Counted from the first letter of the stretch, positions 18,112 through 28,616 are shown. The stretch is 39,347 nucleotides of DNA from Opitutales bacterium (GCA_016933595.1 JAFGAQ010000180.1:1-39347); one strand, 5' to 3'. Program-made: numbers and translations. The notes: generated by a model not told the origin, from the sequence alone.

Positions 18112-19020
18112 TCACGACCACAGTGGAGATGGGTAGACCCCTGCGTCCACCCGCTCCCGGATTCCATTCACAACATGCTGACGGTCCGATGGATGCGTGA
18201 CCCCAAGCCAGGCGTCCGGCGTATCCAACAGCCGCACACGCGTCCTCCCATCCCGGATCGCATCATCAATGACTGCGGGAATGTAGCACTCCGCCTTTGG
18301 ATCGGTTCCTCGCTTCTCCAAAAAAGACACCAGCGCCCGGTCCGTCCATTCAAACACCTCGGGCGTGAACCCAAACAGGTTCATCGACACGGGCTGATCC
18401 CTGGAGATTTCAACAACCCCGCCATCCCCATCCGGATATCCGATGGTTCCATCTGGCTGACGCCCGATGCCATGGACTTCCTGAATACCTTTCAGCATTC
18501 CTTCCTCATCCTTACGGCAAAGTCCCCGGGAAACCGTACCGCCCTCGGACAGCGTCAATCCCAAACGATACGCAACCATCGACTGCAGAACGCCTCCTTT
18601 TGGCAGCTTTCGCAACTGGTCGGCGAGGCACTCAAAACTCGCTCGCCCATACAGATCATCCGCGTTAATCATTGCAAAAGGCCCACGGATGACATTTCTC
18701 GCACACCAAACCGCATGGCCCGTACCCCACGGCTTGGTGCGTTGCGGGTCAGCCCTGAATCCATCCGGTAAGGCGTCCAACTCCTGGAACACCCATTCAT
18801 ATCGAATACGCGAGGGCAATCGGCTGCAGACCCGTTCCTCAAAATCCTGCCGGATCGATTCCCGGATCACAAATACCACACGGTCAAAACCGGACTCGAT
18901 GGCATCGTAGAGGTTGTATTCGAGCAGGGTCTCACCCGATGGCCCGACCCCTTCCACCTGCTTGAGTCCACCGTAACGGCTTCCCATACCTGCCGCCAAT
19001 ACCAACAAAGTCAGCTCCAT
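18112..19020 (-). CDS. sugar-phosphate nucleotidyltransferase (NTP_transferase family)
   Basis: LAAGMGSRYGGLKQ, RTKPWGTGHA, INADDLYG, VSRG, WLGVT. Confidence 0.88.
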   Translation of the reverse strand: MELTLLVLAAGMGSRYGGLKQVEGVGPSGETLLEYNLYDAIESGFDRVVFVIRESIRQDFEERVCSRLPSRIRYEWVFQELDALPDGFRADPQRTKPWGTGHAVWCARNVIRGPFAMINADDLYGRASFECLADQLRKLPKGGVLQSMVAYRLGLTLSEGGTVSRGLCRKDEEGMLKGIQEVHGIGRQPDGTIGYPDGDGGVVEISRDQPVSMNLFGFTPEVFEWTDRALVSFLEKRGTDPKAECYIPAVIDDAIRDGRTRVRLLDTPDAWLGVTHPSDRQHVVNGIRERVDAGVYPSPLWS

Positions 19021-19185
19021 ACCATATTCCTTCCGTTCAAAAGCATTCCCCACTACAGTGAACGATTCATTGCAAGGAAAGCTTAGTCAGGCAAAAACGG
19101 AGCCCGGCATCTGTCAATGCCGGACACACTTCGATCAGTTGGTATTGAAAAGCAGCGAGAGTTCTGCCAGCCTCCCGCCATTTCC

Positions 19186-20442
19186 ATGAAAATCCTTCTC
19201 ACATCCTATGGTTCAACCGGTGATATTTTCCCGGTCATAGCCCTTGGAGCGGCCTGTATTAAAAAAGGCCATGAAGTGGCATTCGCAACCTCTCCGCTTT
19301 ACCGTGCCGAAATCGAACGTGCCGGGCTGCGCTATGTTTACCTCCCGCCGGATTGGGAGCAATGGCAATACAACGATGCCATGCTCAAACTCACCCGAGC
19401 CCGAACCCCAATCGAAACCCTTCAGATCATTTATCGCCACAGCCTTCCGTATCTGGATGAGATCGTGACTATTCTCAACCGTGAGATTGCGGCCTCGGAT
19501 CTAGTGGTATCCTCCTATCTTGTCCCCTACTACAGGACCCTCGCGGAGCGTCAGGGGAAACCCTTCGCAGTGGTGACATTCACCCCAAATGTTGTCCCTT
19601 GTGCCGCGGTTCCTCCGCCACATCCGGCAGCAATGATCCCCCTGCCCCGATTCATCCGTCCATTTTGGAACCGGCTCTCCTGGAAGATCGCTGGCATCGC
19701 TGTCGATAGCGCGATCAATCGGGTGATCGGGAAGCCGCTGCGAAAGATCGGAATCCCGAAATTCCGGAATTGGTTGCTGCATCCGGCGGATTGCGCTCTG
19801 GTCTCTGTTTCGCCTGCATTGTTTCAGCCTTCTGGAATCATTCCGCCCATCTTCCGTTTCGTCGGCTACATGCGATGGCAGACGCACCCAGATCCAGTTG
19901 TTCTCAAGCGGGTCGCGGACTTCTGCGATGGAGAGAAGGTACCCGTCATCACATTTGGAAGCGTGACATTCAAGGATCGCGAAAAAGTAATGGATCGCTT
20001 CCTCCGCAACTGGCCATCCAACCGCAGGATGATCATCCAGAAAGGCTGGGTCGATCTCGATGCGCCCTCAAACTGCAGCAACCTTTGTGTGGTGGGCAGC
20101 GTGTCCCACGATGAGCTTTTCAAACACGCATCCGTCGTGATTCACCATGGCGGTGCGGGAACCACTTCTTCTTGTTTGCATGCTGGAGTCCCCCAGGTGG
20201 TAATCCCCCATATCGGAGACCAATGGTTCTGGGGCCGCGAGATGAAACGACTGGGAGTGGGTGTCAGTTTAGGAAGATCGCGCTGGCCCGAACACCTTTG
20301 CTCAGCTGTGGACAGAATTGCTTCCAACGATCGATTCCGTCAGCGCGCGGACGAAATACGCGCCATTCTGGCCCATGAAAACGGAGCATCCCAGGCCGTC
20401 TCGGTGCTGGAATCCTATGCCGCTGAATGCCATAAACCTTAA
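19186..20442 (+). CDS. GT1 family UDP-glycosyltransferase (sterol/glycolipid type)
   Basis: GSTGDIFP N-terminal motif, ITFGS, HHGGAGTT, GVPQVVIPHIGDQ. Confidence 0.9.
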   Translation: MKILLTSYGSTGDIFPVIALGAACIKKGHEVAFATSPLYRAEIERAGLRYVYLPPDWEQWQYNDAMLKLTRARTPIETLQIIYRHSLPYLDEIVTILNREIAASDLVVSSYLVPYYRTLAERQGKPFAVVTFTPNVVPCAAVPPPHPAAMIPLPRFIRPFWNRLSWKIAGIAVDSAINRVIGKPLRKIGIPKFRNWLLHPADCALVSVSPALFQPSGIIPPIFRFVGYMRWQTHPDPVVLKRVADFCDGEKVPVITFGSVTFKDREKVMDRFLRNWPSNRRMIIQKGWVDLDAPSNCSNLCVVGSVSHDELFKHASVVIHHGGAGTTSSCLHAGVPQVVIPHIGDQWFWGREMKRLGVGVSLGRSRWPEHLCSAVDRIASNDRFRQRADEIRAILAHENGASQAVSVLESYAAECHKP

Positions 20443-20443
20443 T

Positions 20444-21226
20444 TCACAAAGGGGCCCTGAAGGTTCGGAAGGAGGCTTCCTCCAACCACCCCCGCATGCC
20501 ATCCGCTGCCTCAACATAGACGTGATGATTTCGCATCCTGAGCAAACGCGCATAACTCCCATCCTTGAGCGTCATCAAAGATTCGCTTTGGCTGGTCGGA
20601 GATACCTTGAAATCGGCATCCCCGGCCCACACAACCCCACGGCGGGAGTCCTGCGCCAATCCGACCCATGCGGCCACACAAACGATCACGATCAGCGACA
20701 TCAGAATCCCGACATCCCGGTAGCGCGCTCTCCTTCTCAGAAGCCCCGCATAAGCACCCCAACTGAAACACGCCATCCAGAATGATCCCATTGCCATCCA
20801 CGACCAAAGGTCCTCAGGCAACAACAATGCCAACTGTTCCAGTAATCCCGATTTCAGCTCCGCTATTCCATCTACCTGCCTGAGATAGCGCACTGCGTTC
20901 TGGGTGTCCGGATGCATGAATCCCATGCGGTCCGCCCGTTCCAAATGCCACAATGCGCGCCCGGACAAACCCAGACGGTAATGAGCCACTCCCAGGTTGT
21001 GATGAATCGAGGCCGATTCACCTTCCTCAAGACAAAAGGTCCAGGCTTCCAAGGCTTCACGTGTGGAACCAGCTGCATAAACCTGCCCGCCCCGCAAAAA
21101 AGCCGCCTCAGCTTCAGGCGACCACTGACACTCCCGCGCAAGCAATCCGGCAGGCTCCACAATGCCCAACATACCCAAGCTGCCGACCAGGCAGAAAAAC
21201 CATTTCAGGATGCACGGTGCATTCAT
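20444..21226 (-). CDS. BatE-like TPR / transmembrane / SH3b protein
   Basis: TPR (HHNLGVAHYRLG..ALWHLERA), two TM helices and a C-terminal SH3-like domain ending GMRGWL. Coupled to the BatD-like gene. Confidence 0.72.
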   Translation of the reverse strand: MNAPCILKWFFCLVGSLGMLGIVEPAGLLARECQWSPEAEAAFLRGGQVYAAGSTREALEAWTFCLEEGESASIHHNLGVAHYRLGLSGRALWHLERADRMGFMHPDTQNAVRYLRQVDGIAELKSGLLEQLALLLPEDLWSWMAMGSFWMACFSWGAYAGLLRRRARYRDVGILMSLIVIVCVAAWVGLAQDSRRGVVWAGDADFKVSPTSQSESLMTLKDGSYARLLRMRNHHVYVEAADGMRGWLEEASFRTFRAPL

Positions 21227-23139
21227 GCGCACCCCCCTTTTTTCCGGGCTTTCACACTCAATTTCATGAGGGTCGAGCATAGCTCCGATACGCGCTCATA
21301 TTCCGGCTTGAGAGGAGGGGTATCCGCACGGGAACCTGAAAAGCGGGACTGCTCATACTGGGTAACATAGTATTCCGCGATCCGGTTCATCTCGGCCGTG
21401 GAACCGCTCCGCTCCATCAACTGCGCCAACTCATCCGATGTCATGGCCTCCACATGGTGCGAGCCCAAGACGGAAACCGAGGCACACAAAGACAAATATG
21501 CATCCTCGAAAAACACGTCCGAATCGCCTTTTGCAGCAGCGGCTTTGGCAAGCCTAAGGTAATGGTGCATCCACCCTCTGGCTTGCTCTTCCCGGGCATA
21601 GCGTTGATTCACCTTGAGCCGGATACGATGGATTCGCCAGGCTGCAAAGCCGGCAAGGCCCGCAAATGGAAGCAGTTGCCATAGCCAAAACCATGGCTTT
21701 GTGAACAATGGCATGTCGAAACCTGAACAAACGCCCATCTCCCACCTTAGCCGCGCTACAGGCACCTCAAACGGTACCACCGCCGGACCCATCCCCCCTT
21801 CCTGAACCGGGTCGCGAATCACTGGAGACTCCACCTCTTCTGTATTCCGCACCAGGCTTTTTCCCGACACATGGATCGCAACCGGCTCAGAGGCCAGATC
21901 CCGGAATGACTTCGTCTCCACATCAAAGTAGCGGTATGCAACTGGAGGGAAAACCTCCATACCCGACTCGAGCGGGATCAACACATACTGATACTTCACC
22001 TTACCCCGGTACCCCAGAAAGTCTTCATCTCTAAACTCACTCTGCGGAGGAAACACACGCCAGGAATCACCGAGTTGCAGAACAGGAGCCTCCAGTTTAC
22101 TGAAGTTACCCTGTCCCGCGATTTCGATCGTCAGGTCTACCGGCTTTTCGACCTCCATTTCCGTTTCCGAAAGAGTTAATACCATTTCGAATTTTCCGAT
22201 ACCTCCGTAATAAAAAGTCTCCGCATCCGGCATTCCAAGACTGGTTACCCTTACATCCCGATCCTCGCTGAATACCGTGAACGAGCTCTCGGTAAAATCC
22301 TGAAGCAGGCGTTCCCGCTCCAACAAGGACGCTCCATTCTGATCCCGCACCCACCGCAGGAAACCAACCCGATCATTCGGCATCCGCAGGTTCACACTGA
22401 TCCGGAAAACGGTCCGCAAGGTGCCCGATCGCAACGGCGAATAGGTAAGAGGCCAGCTGTAAACCCGGTATCGCAGATCCCCCCGCGTCACCAGCCGCTC
22501 GATGGGACTGGGGGATATGGATTCCAAGGCCACGTCATTTCCAATCTTTTCCGGCTTTCCGTATGTCACGTTCTGCAGGCCATCCAAGATCATGAGATTA
22601 AGGGTGGCACGAACCCGCTGCCCAACCCATAGCTCATCGGACGGATCCTCGAGTTCCAGCCTTACCCAATCATCGCGTGCTTCGCGCTGGAGCGTATCCG
22701 GCTCAGCCACCTTCAACACCGCAGCGGGCACCCCTAACGTACCTCCTTGATAAGGCATCCTGAACGCGGGCATGATGATGCGACCCTGAAAATTCGGATT
22801 CACTTTGAACTCCAGGCGAATCCCGCCCGGATCCATCCCCATTGAAGACATGTACTCCTCCGAGGTCTGATAACGCCCAAAGGTCAAATGAGCGTGAGCC
22901 GGCAACTCCGGCTGCGGAGGAACAGTCAACCGGCTTTCCGGATCCCCTTCACGCCGCCGAATGGTAACAATGTACAGACATTCCTGCCCCAATGACACTT
23001 CCGCCGGTTCAAACCGGGAACTCACATCGTATTTCAGGACCTCCTCCCCCTCAACTAGCGAAGCCACCCACAGCATCCCAAAAATCCAGAAAACAACAGC
23101 AGACACCAAACGTCCTTCTGGTCCCCCGATGGATGGCAT
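21223..23139 (-). CDS. BatD-like oxygen-tolerance protein
   Basis: Signal/TM, repeated beta-sandwich units, GGIGKF, IAGQGN, YRYFD, C-terminal TM plus helical tail. Start uncertain (ORF open to 23229). Confidence 0.75.
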   Translation of the reverse strand: MPSIGGPEGRLVSAVVFWIFGMLWVASLVEGEEVLKYDVSSRFEPAEVSLGQECLYIVTIRRREGDPESRLTVPPQPELPAHAHLTFGRYQTSEEYMSSMGMDPGGIRLEFKVNPNFQGRIIMPAFRMPYQGGTLGVPAAVLKVAEPDTLQREARDDWVRLELEDPSDELWVGQRVRATLNLMILDGLQNVTYGKPEKIGNDVALESISPSPIERLVTRGDLRYRVYSWPLTYSPLRSGTLRTVFRISVNLRMPNDRVGFLRWVRDQNGASLLERERLLQDFTESSFTVFSEDRDVRVTSLGMPDAETFYYGGIGKFEMVLTLSETEMEVEKPVDLTIEIAGQGNFSKLEAPVLQLGDSWRVFPPQSEFRDEDFLGYRGKVKYQYVLIPLESGMEVFPPVAYRYFDVETKSFRDLASEPVAIHVSGKSLVRNTEEVESPVIRDPVQEGGMGPAVVPFEVPVARLRWEMGVCSGFDMPLFTKPWFWLWQLLPFAGLAGFAAWRIHRIRLKVNQRYAREEQARGWMHHYLRLAKAAAAKGDSDVFFEDAYLSLCASVSVLGSHHVEAMTSDELAQLMERSGSTAEMNRIAEYYVTQYEQSRFSGSRADTPPLKPEYERVSELCSTLMKLSVKARKKGGCA

Positions 23140-23341
23140 GTGTCTTTGTGTCCGCATCTCAGATAAGGCAGTTCTATAGCAGGTCAAGGCCCGCCAATCA
23201 AGGGTTTCATTTGATTCAGATCCGGCCATATTCCCGGAATCTGCTCACGAAACACTTCGCGAATTTATCACAATTCATTGACAACTCAGATGTTTGGAGG
23301 TACCCCTAGCATACTGCTTCCGTTCCAGATTATCATACCAT

Positions 23342-24859
23342 ATGAAACCGCATTCATTCATTATTCTTGTGGCTTCAGCACTTGTTGCACTAAGCCCGCT
23401 TCACTCCCAGAATTCAATTCCGGGATCGATCTCATTCAAGAGAATCAGTGGTGACGCCTACATCACCAATACGAATACCGGCTCCCGCGAGAAAATCACC
23501 GAATCCACCTCCATCACACAGGGGTATTCCATACTCACGACAAACGACGCTTTTTTGGACGTTGTTTTCTCCAATGGGGTGGCTGCCAGGGTATCGCCCA
23601 ACACCAGTATAGAAATCGTGTCCTATTCCCAACAGGACGGCCGAGCCGCGGCCCGAAAAGCGGAGCAGGCACCTTCAATCAAGCTGATACTGACCCATGG
23701 CGACATTGTCGTGAACGCCACCCAAAAACCTGAGGGTGCCGCCATGACGGTGGAAACCCCCTTAGCCACGGTTTCCGCCGCACAAACCAAGTTCTTTGTT
23801 TCCCATGGATCCTCGGCGACTGGTGACATGAAGACTTCCCGCGCGATCAATCTCGGGGTAGCCACATTGAAAATTGAAACCAGGGGGCAATCCGGTTTCT
23901 CGGCTAAGGACAACCAAACGTTCTACATAACATGGGATGCGGAAGGAACCGCTCGCAGCCAATCCATCGACACCGAATCAACGGCAATCATCCTTCAAAT
24001 GCTCGAGACACCGGAACGCGACGGATCGAGTCCCGCTTATTCGGTCACCCCCTACGACTACGTTCTCTTGGAGAAACTCAGTGCCACAGCCAATAATCTT
24101 CTTCTCAGCGATCCATCAGCCGGTTCGAATGCGATCGTCCTCTCCACACTCGAAGGAGCGACCTTCCTCAACACCATCACCGGAGCGACCGGACCCATCG
24201 TCGAAGGGATGGAAATAGCGGCTGGAACAATTCTCCGCACGCCATCGGAAGGAAGAACCGTTTTGGCACTTCCCAATGAGGCCACACTCTCCATCGAACC
24301 CTCAGCGAACCTTTTCCTGGAAAGCATGTTTTCCCACCTCCTTTTGAGCGGAGTTCAACCCTCGGATATCACACGTGTGGGACTCAGAGTGGAAGCAGGA
24401 AAGGTGATTGCCAACACACTGAATGCGCCATCCATGGATTTCGTGGCGGTGATCAGCCCACTGGATCAGCACCGCATCGGCGCAAACTCACTGGTTTCAG
24501 TGGAATTTTTGCAGGTCGAAACCAACGCATTCCAGACCATCAGCCGTAACGATACTCCGGCTGGCGTCATCGGAATCAGCACAACGGTGGTCACCTCCAA
24601 TGAGCTGAGCTACACCGACGAACGGGTCACCTTCATCGAATACCGCGCGGAAGGCGGTCCGCTCTCGTTCAACACGCCTCCCGGATTCACGCACATTACT
24701 GAATCCGCGATTATCCCTCCCGGTTACGACTTTATCGACCGCACGATTGCCTTCGCTGCTCCTGCTGATCCTGCCGGTCCGACGCCAATCGGCACACCCG
24801 ATAATCCGGGAGACAATCTTCAAAACACGGAAGTGATTCCACCCCCACCCTCCCTCTGA
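23342..24859 (+). CDS. secreted protein with two FecR-like domains and Pro-rich tail
   Basis: Signal peptide. G.SILT....LDVVFSNG....VSPNT and VETPLATVSAAQTKF, then a second copy G.ILRT..EGRTVLALPNEATLSIEPSANL. Confidence 0.65.
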   Translation: MKPHSFIILVASALVALSPLHSQNSIPGSISFKRISGDAYITNTNTGSREKITESTSITQGYSILTTNDAFLDVVFSNGVAARVSPNTSIEIVSYSQQDGRAAARKAEQAPSIKLILTHGDIVVNATQKPEGAAMTVETPLATVSAAQTKFFVSHGSSATGDMKTSRAINLGVATLKIETRGQSGFSAKDNQTFYITWDAEGTARSQSIDTESTAIILQMLETPERDGSSPAYSVTPYDYVLLEKLSATANNLLLSDPSAGSNAIVLSTLEGATFLNTITGATGPIVEGMEIAAGTILRTPSEGRTVLALPNEATLSIEPSANLFLESMFSHLLLSGVQPSDITRVGLRVEAGKVIANTLNAPSMDFVAVISPLDQHRIGANSLVSVEFLQVETNAFQTISRNDTPAGVIGISTTVVTSNELSYTDERVTFIEYRAEGGPLSFNTPPGFTHITESAIIPPGYDFIDRTIAFAAPADPAGPTPIGTPDNPGDNLQNTEVIPPPPSL

Positions 24860-24914
24860 TATTGGAGGGGGACTTCCCGTCTATACGGGGTTCCTTTCCG
24901 GTCAGGATTCTTTC

Positions 24915-24951
24915 AGGTGTGCCACAATCAATAGGCACACCTTTTCTTTTT
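24915..24951 (+). terminator. intrinsic terminator after the FecR-like gene
   Basis: AGGTGTGCC-N10-GGCACACCT followed by TTTCTTTTT. Confidence 0.65.
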
Positions 24952-25036
24952 GGTTGATGCCAACGGGATTTCACACTAGTTTCCTACGCAAAAATATCGA
25001 CAGCCTGCACACAAGGTTTTCATCCACACACATTGA

Positions 25037-25654
25037 ATGGCACAATATCCCAGATCCAGCAGTTACAATCGTCGGCAAACCGGCGCAAGCTCAGTTAGAA
25101 AAAACGAACGCATACGAGCACCCGAAGTCCGGGTCATCGGACCGGATGGTAAACAATTGGGAGTCATGAATCCGGCGGATGCTTTGCGCATGGCCAAAGG
25201 CGCCGGACTGGATCTCGTGGAGGTATCTCCAACCGCAAAACCTCCCGTTTGCCGCATTCTCGACTTCGGGAAATACATGTATGAATTGAGCAAGAAACAG
25301 AAGGAAAGCAAAAGCAATTCCGCTGTTACCAAGGTCAAGGAAATCAAGCTCCGCGTATCGATCGACACTCACGACTACATGACAAAGGTGCGGAGGGCAG
25401 AGCAGTTTCTCAACAAGGGCAACAAGCTCAAAATTTCGCTCCAATTCAGGGGCCGCGAAAACGAACACCGCGAACTCGGCTTCGAAACCGTCAAACGCGC
25501 AATTGAAGACCTCAATCACATCGGTAACCCCGATGCCGATCCGAGACTCGTTGGCCGTAGCGTCTCGGTCTCGCTTTCTCCTCTTCCCGCAACCAAACGG
25601 AAACTGAAGTATAGCACCGGAGACGAACCGGAAGAGGAAGACGACGGCGATTGA
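25037..25654 (+). CDS. infC: translation initiation factor IF-3
   Basis: [44 protein letters not shown]. Confidence 0.97.
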   Translation: MAQYPRSSSYNRRQTGASSVRKNERIRAPEVRVIGPDGKQLGVMNPADALRMAKGAGLDLVEVSPTAKPPVCRILDFGKYMYELSKKQKESKSNSAVTKVKEIKLRVSIDTHDYMTKVRRAEQFLNKGNKLKISLQFRGRENEHRELGFETVKRAIEDLNHIGNPDADPRLVGRSVSVSLSPLPATKRKLKYSTGDEPEEEDDGD

Positions 25655-25682
25655 TTTCTTTAGCGCTTCCGGGGTAATTTGG

Positions 25683-26756
25683 TTGCAGCCGGCTGCGGGA
25701 TTGTTTCACTCCGAATCTGTGTTCAGATCCTATCATACCGGGGATACCTTGTTCCGTATCACCCATTCCATTTTTCGGATTGGATGGATGGTGTTATTGG
25801 CGTGTGCCGGACACGTTGCCCTGAACGGCGCGGTTCAAAGCAAGACCATCGCGGGACGCGAAGTCGTCAATGTCTCCGACATCTCCAACCACCTCGGGAT
25901 GAAAATGCGCTGGGTGGAACGGGGTGAACGGATTTCACTGGCCAACCAATGGACCCGGATTGATATTGGAAGCAAGGAACGTCACATCCTGATCAACAAT
26001 GTCCGGATTTCGCTCGGTCGACCGGTTCTGGCATATCGCAATCAATTGTACATCGATACCCTTGATTGGCATTTCACCCTTCTGCCAGTTATCACACCCC
26101 AGCAGTTCAAGCCATCGAAACCCGGCCCCATACGCACCATTGTGATCGATCCCGGGCACGGCGGCAAAGACCCCGGAGCCGTAAACAAGCAGATGGGTCT
26201 TCAGGAAAAGAGTCTCACCTTCGATGTTTCCAAACGCATCCAGCAACACCTCACACGAGCAGGATTCCGGGTGGTGCTGACCCGGGAAAATGACACCTTC
26301 ATCGCTTTGGAGGACCGCACAGTCATTGCCAACCGCCACAAGGCGGATCTTTTCCTGAGCATTCACTTCAATTCACATGCCGATGGCTCAGCACAAGGAG
26401 TCGAGACATTCGCTTTCACCTTGATCAACCATCCATCCACTGCGCGATCAAGCACGGTAAAGAGTGACAGGTTGCATGCGCAAGCCAATCGCCACGACCC
26501 ATGGAATGCCCTCCTCGGTTACCACATCCAGAATCGCCTGATCCGCGGACTCTCCGAGAGAGACCGCGGGCTTAAACGGGCCAGGTTCACTGTCCTCCGC
26601 GATATCCGATGCCCTGCTGCCCTCATCGAATTGGGCTTTGTCAGCCACCCCGAGACTGCCCGAAAACTAAAGAACGCCAACTACCGCAATCAACTGGCTC
26701 AAAATGTGGCTCAGGGCGTAATCGACTACTCCGCGCGCATCCAAGCGATCCGGTAG
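25683..26756 (+). CDS. N-acetylmuramoyl-L-alanine amidase (Amidase_3)
   Basis: IDPGHGGKDPGA, EK, LTRE, FLSIHFNS, LIELGF. The true start is probably downstream (25749 or 25788). Confidence 0.92.
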   Translation: MQPAAGLFHSESVFRSYHTGDTLFRITHSIFRIGWMVLLACAGHVALNGAVQSKTIAGREVVNVSDISNHLGMKMRWVERGERISLANQWTRIDIGSKERHILINNVRISLGRPVLAYRNQLYIDTLDWHFTLLPVITPQQFKPSKPGPIRTIVIDPGHGGKDPGAVNKQMGLQEKSLTFDVSKRIQQHLTRAGFRVVLTRENDTFIALEDRTVIANRHKADLFLSIHFNSHADGSAQGVETFAFTLINHPSTARSSTVKSDRLHAQANRHDPWNALLGYHIQNRLIRGLSERDRGLKRARFTVLRDIRCPAALIELGFVSHPETARKLKNANYRNQLAQNVAQGVIDYSARIQAIR

Positions 26757-26824
26757 CATTTTCCGCCCCGATTTGCCCGGGCAGTTTGACGCCATCGCCA
26801 AATCCGTCCACATTCGATCCCATC

Positions 26825-27694
26825 ATGAAAGTTATTCGGGCAAAGAGCGCCGGCTTCTGTTGGGGCGTGGATCGGGCCATTCGCATCGCAAGAGAATTCG
26901 CAACGACCAAAAACAAGACCGTCTTCACGGATGGACCGCTCATCCACAACCGCCAGATGATGGAAACCCTTGGAGCGGAGGGTATTCGCGAGATCGGAGA
27001 CTATCAAAGCCGGGATGCAATCCAACTTTCCGAAGCTCAGAAGGCCAATGCGGTTATGGTGGTCCGGGCGCATGGCATCTCCCCCGATCGGCGCAAATAC
27101 CTGCGCGAGCTGGGCATGGACTTCAAAGACGCCACATGTCCGGACGTGGGCATCATTGCCGGTAAAATCAAGCAACACAGTCGCAAGGGATACGCAACCG
27201 TCATCTTCGGAGACCCCGATCACCCCGAAGTCATCGGACTCATGGGGTATTCCGAAGGGAAGGGTCACGTGGTCCAGAGCATGGCCGATGTGGAGGCCCT
27301 TCCGCCTTTGGGGCCCTTGGTGTGCATGGTTTCCCAATCTACCATGTTCACCCACGAATTCGAAGCACTCGCCAACCGACTGCGGGAACAATACCCCGAG
27401 GCGGTCGTAATCGACACCATTTGCGGGGCGACCAAGGAGCGTCAGAGTGACCTTGTCAAGCTCGTCGAACAAGGAGCCGAAGCCATCGTAGTAATCGGGG
27501 GACACCACTCCGCCAACACACGCAAACTCGCCAAACTCGCCACCCTTCAGGGCAAACCCACCTTCCATATTGAAACAGCCAAGGACCTCGATCCCGAGGC
27601 ATTCCGGTCTTACAAGGTGGTCGGCGTCACCGCCGGAGCCTCCACACCCGACTTCATCATCGACGAAGTCTGTTCAATCCTTGAGGGTATTTGA
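26825..27694 (+). CDS. ispH: 4-hydroxy-3-methylbut-2-enyl diphosphate reductase
   Basis: AGFCWGV, LIHN, RAHG, DATCP, HPEV, TICGATKERQ, SANT, TAGASTP. Confidence 0.96.
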   Translation: MKVIRAKSAGFCWGVDRAIRIAREFATTKNKTVFTDGPLIHNRQMMETLGAEGIREIGDYQSRDAIQLSEAQKANAVMVVRAHGISPDRRKYLRELGMDFKDATCPDVGIIAGKIKQHSRKGYATVIFGDPDHPEVIGLMGYSEGKGHVVQSMADVEALPPLGPLVCMVSQSTMFTHEFEALANRLREQYPEAVVIDTICGATKERQSDLVKLVEQGAEAIVVIGGHHSANTRKLAKLATLQGKPTFHIETAKDLDPEAFRSYKVVGVTAGASTPDFIIDEVCSILEGI

Positions 27695-28489
27695 CGGACT
27701 GTCGGGTTGATCCAATACATCCTCTGACAAGGGAGGAAGCACAGTGATTGCCAAAATAATCCCGGCGATCACCGTGTAGGTCGGCCCCACAAACCATCCA
27801 AACACAGGTATGGATGTGAGGATTATAGACATCAATCCAAACGCCAATATTTCCAACTTGGATTTCCACATAAGATTGAAAGACGCCTTGGCTGACAGCC
27901 CGCGCCTTTCCAAATAAGGATCAATGTATGGGATCGAACTGAAATACAGCTGAAAAGGGAACGTGACCCCCACGCTCAAGACGAATCCGATTACTGGAAG
28001 AATATTGAGAAACAACCCTGCGATAAAAACCCCGACAGAAGATGATATCGTCAGGAAGGCCAAAACCACAGGGCGCAGAATGGACTTCAAATAAGGACTT
28101 TTGTAATTGGTTACCCTTCCCGTTACAATCCAATCTGATTTCTCCGAAAGCCGATCCAGAAACGGCCCATAGAAAAGGATCACAATATTCCTGAACACAA
28201 CAAACAACGGACCAATCTCCAGCAGGATGATCAAAACCAAAACCAGAACCTTCATCCATTCCGAAAGCTGATCAAAGTAATGAATCCATTTTTCTGCCAG
28301 ACGCACGATTTGGGTTCCAAAATACACTGCAGCAAGAACCATCACACAAGCTAATGCCACGGAAAGAAATATGGGGATCAACAGATACTTCCAATATCCC
28401 ATCTTCCAGATGACTTCATGTGCTTTACGGAACGCGAAAAGCGAATTTTTGAATATAGGCTCGCTGAAATAGTCATCCAGAATGCTCAT
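27674..28489 (-). CDS. EI24/CysZ-like membrane protein
   Basis: Multiple TM helices, GPFLDRLSEK, LNILPVIG, IPVFG. Confidence 0.7.
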   Translation of the reverse strand: MSILDDYFSEPIFKNSLFAFRKAHEVIWKMGYWKYLLIPIFLSVALACVMVLAAVYFGTQIVRLAEKWIHYFDQLSEWMKVLVLVLIILLEIGPLFVVFRNIVILFYGPFLDRLSEKSDWIVTGRVTNYKSPYLKSILRPVVLAFLTISSSVGVFIAGLFLNILPVIGFVLSVGVTFPFQLYFSSIPYIDPYLERRGLSAKASFNLMWKSKLEILAFGLMSIILTSIPVFGWFVGPTYTVIAGIILAITVLPPLSEDVLDQPDSPSNTLKD

Positions 28490-28616
28490 ATATGTATTAG
28501 GCTTGAAAAATCACACTAGCCCAGACTCCGATCAGAGCACAAGACCAATGTAAAAAAACCAAGTTCATAGCTGCTAATCACTCCTCATATACTCACCGAG
28601 ACTCCGATGGAAATGC

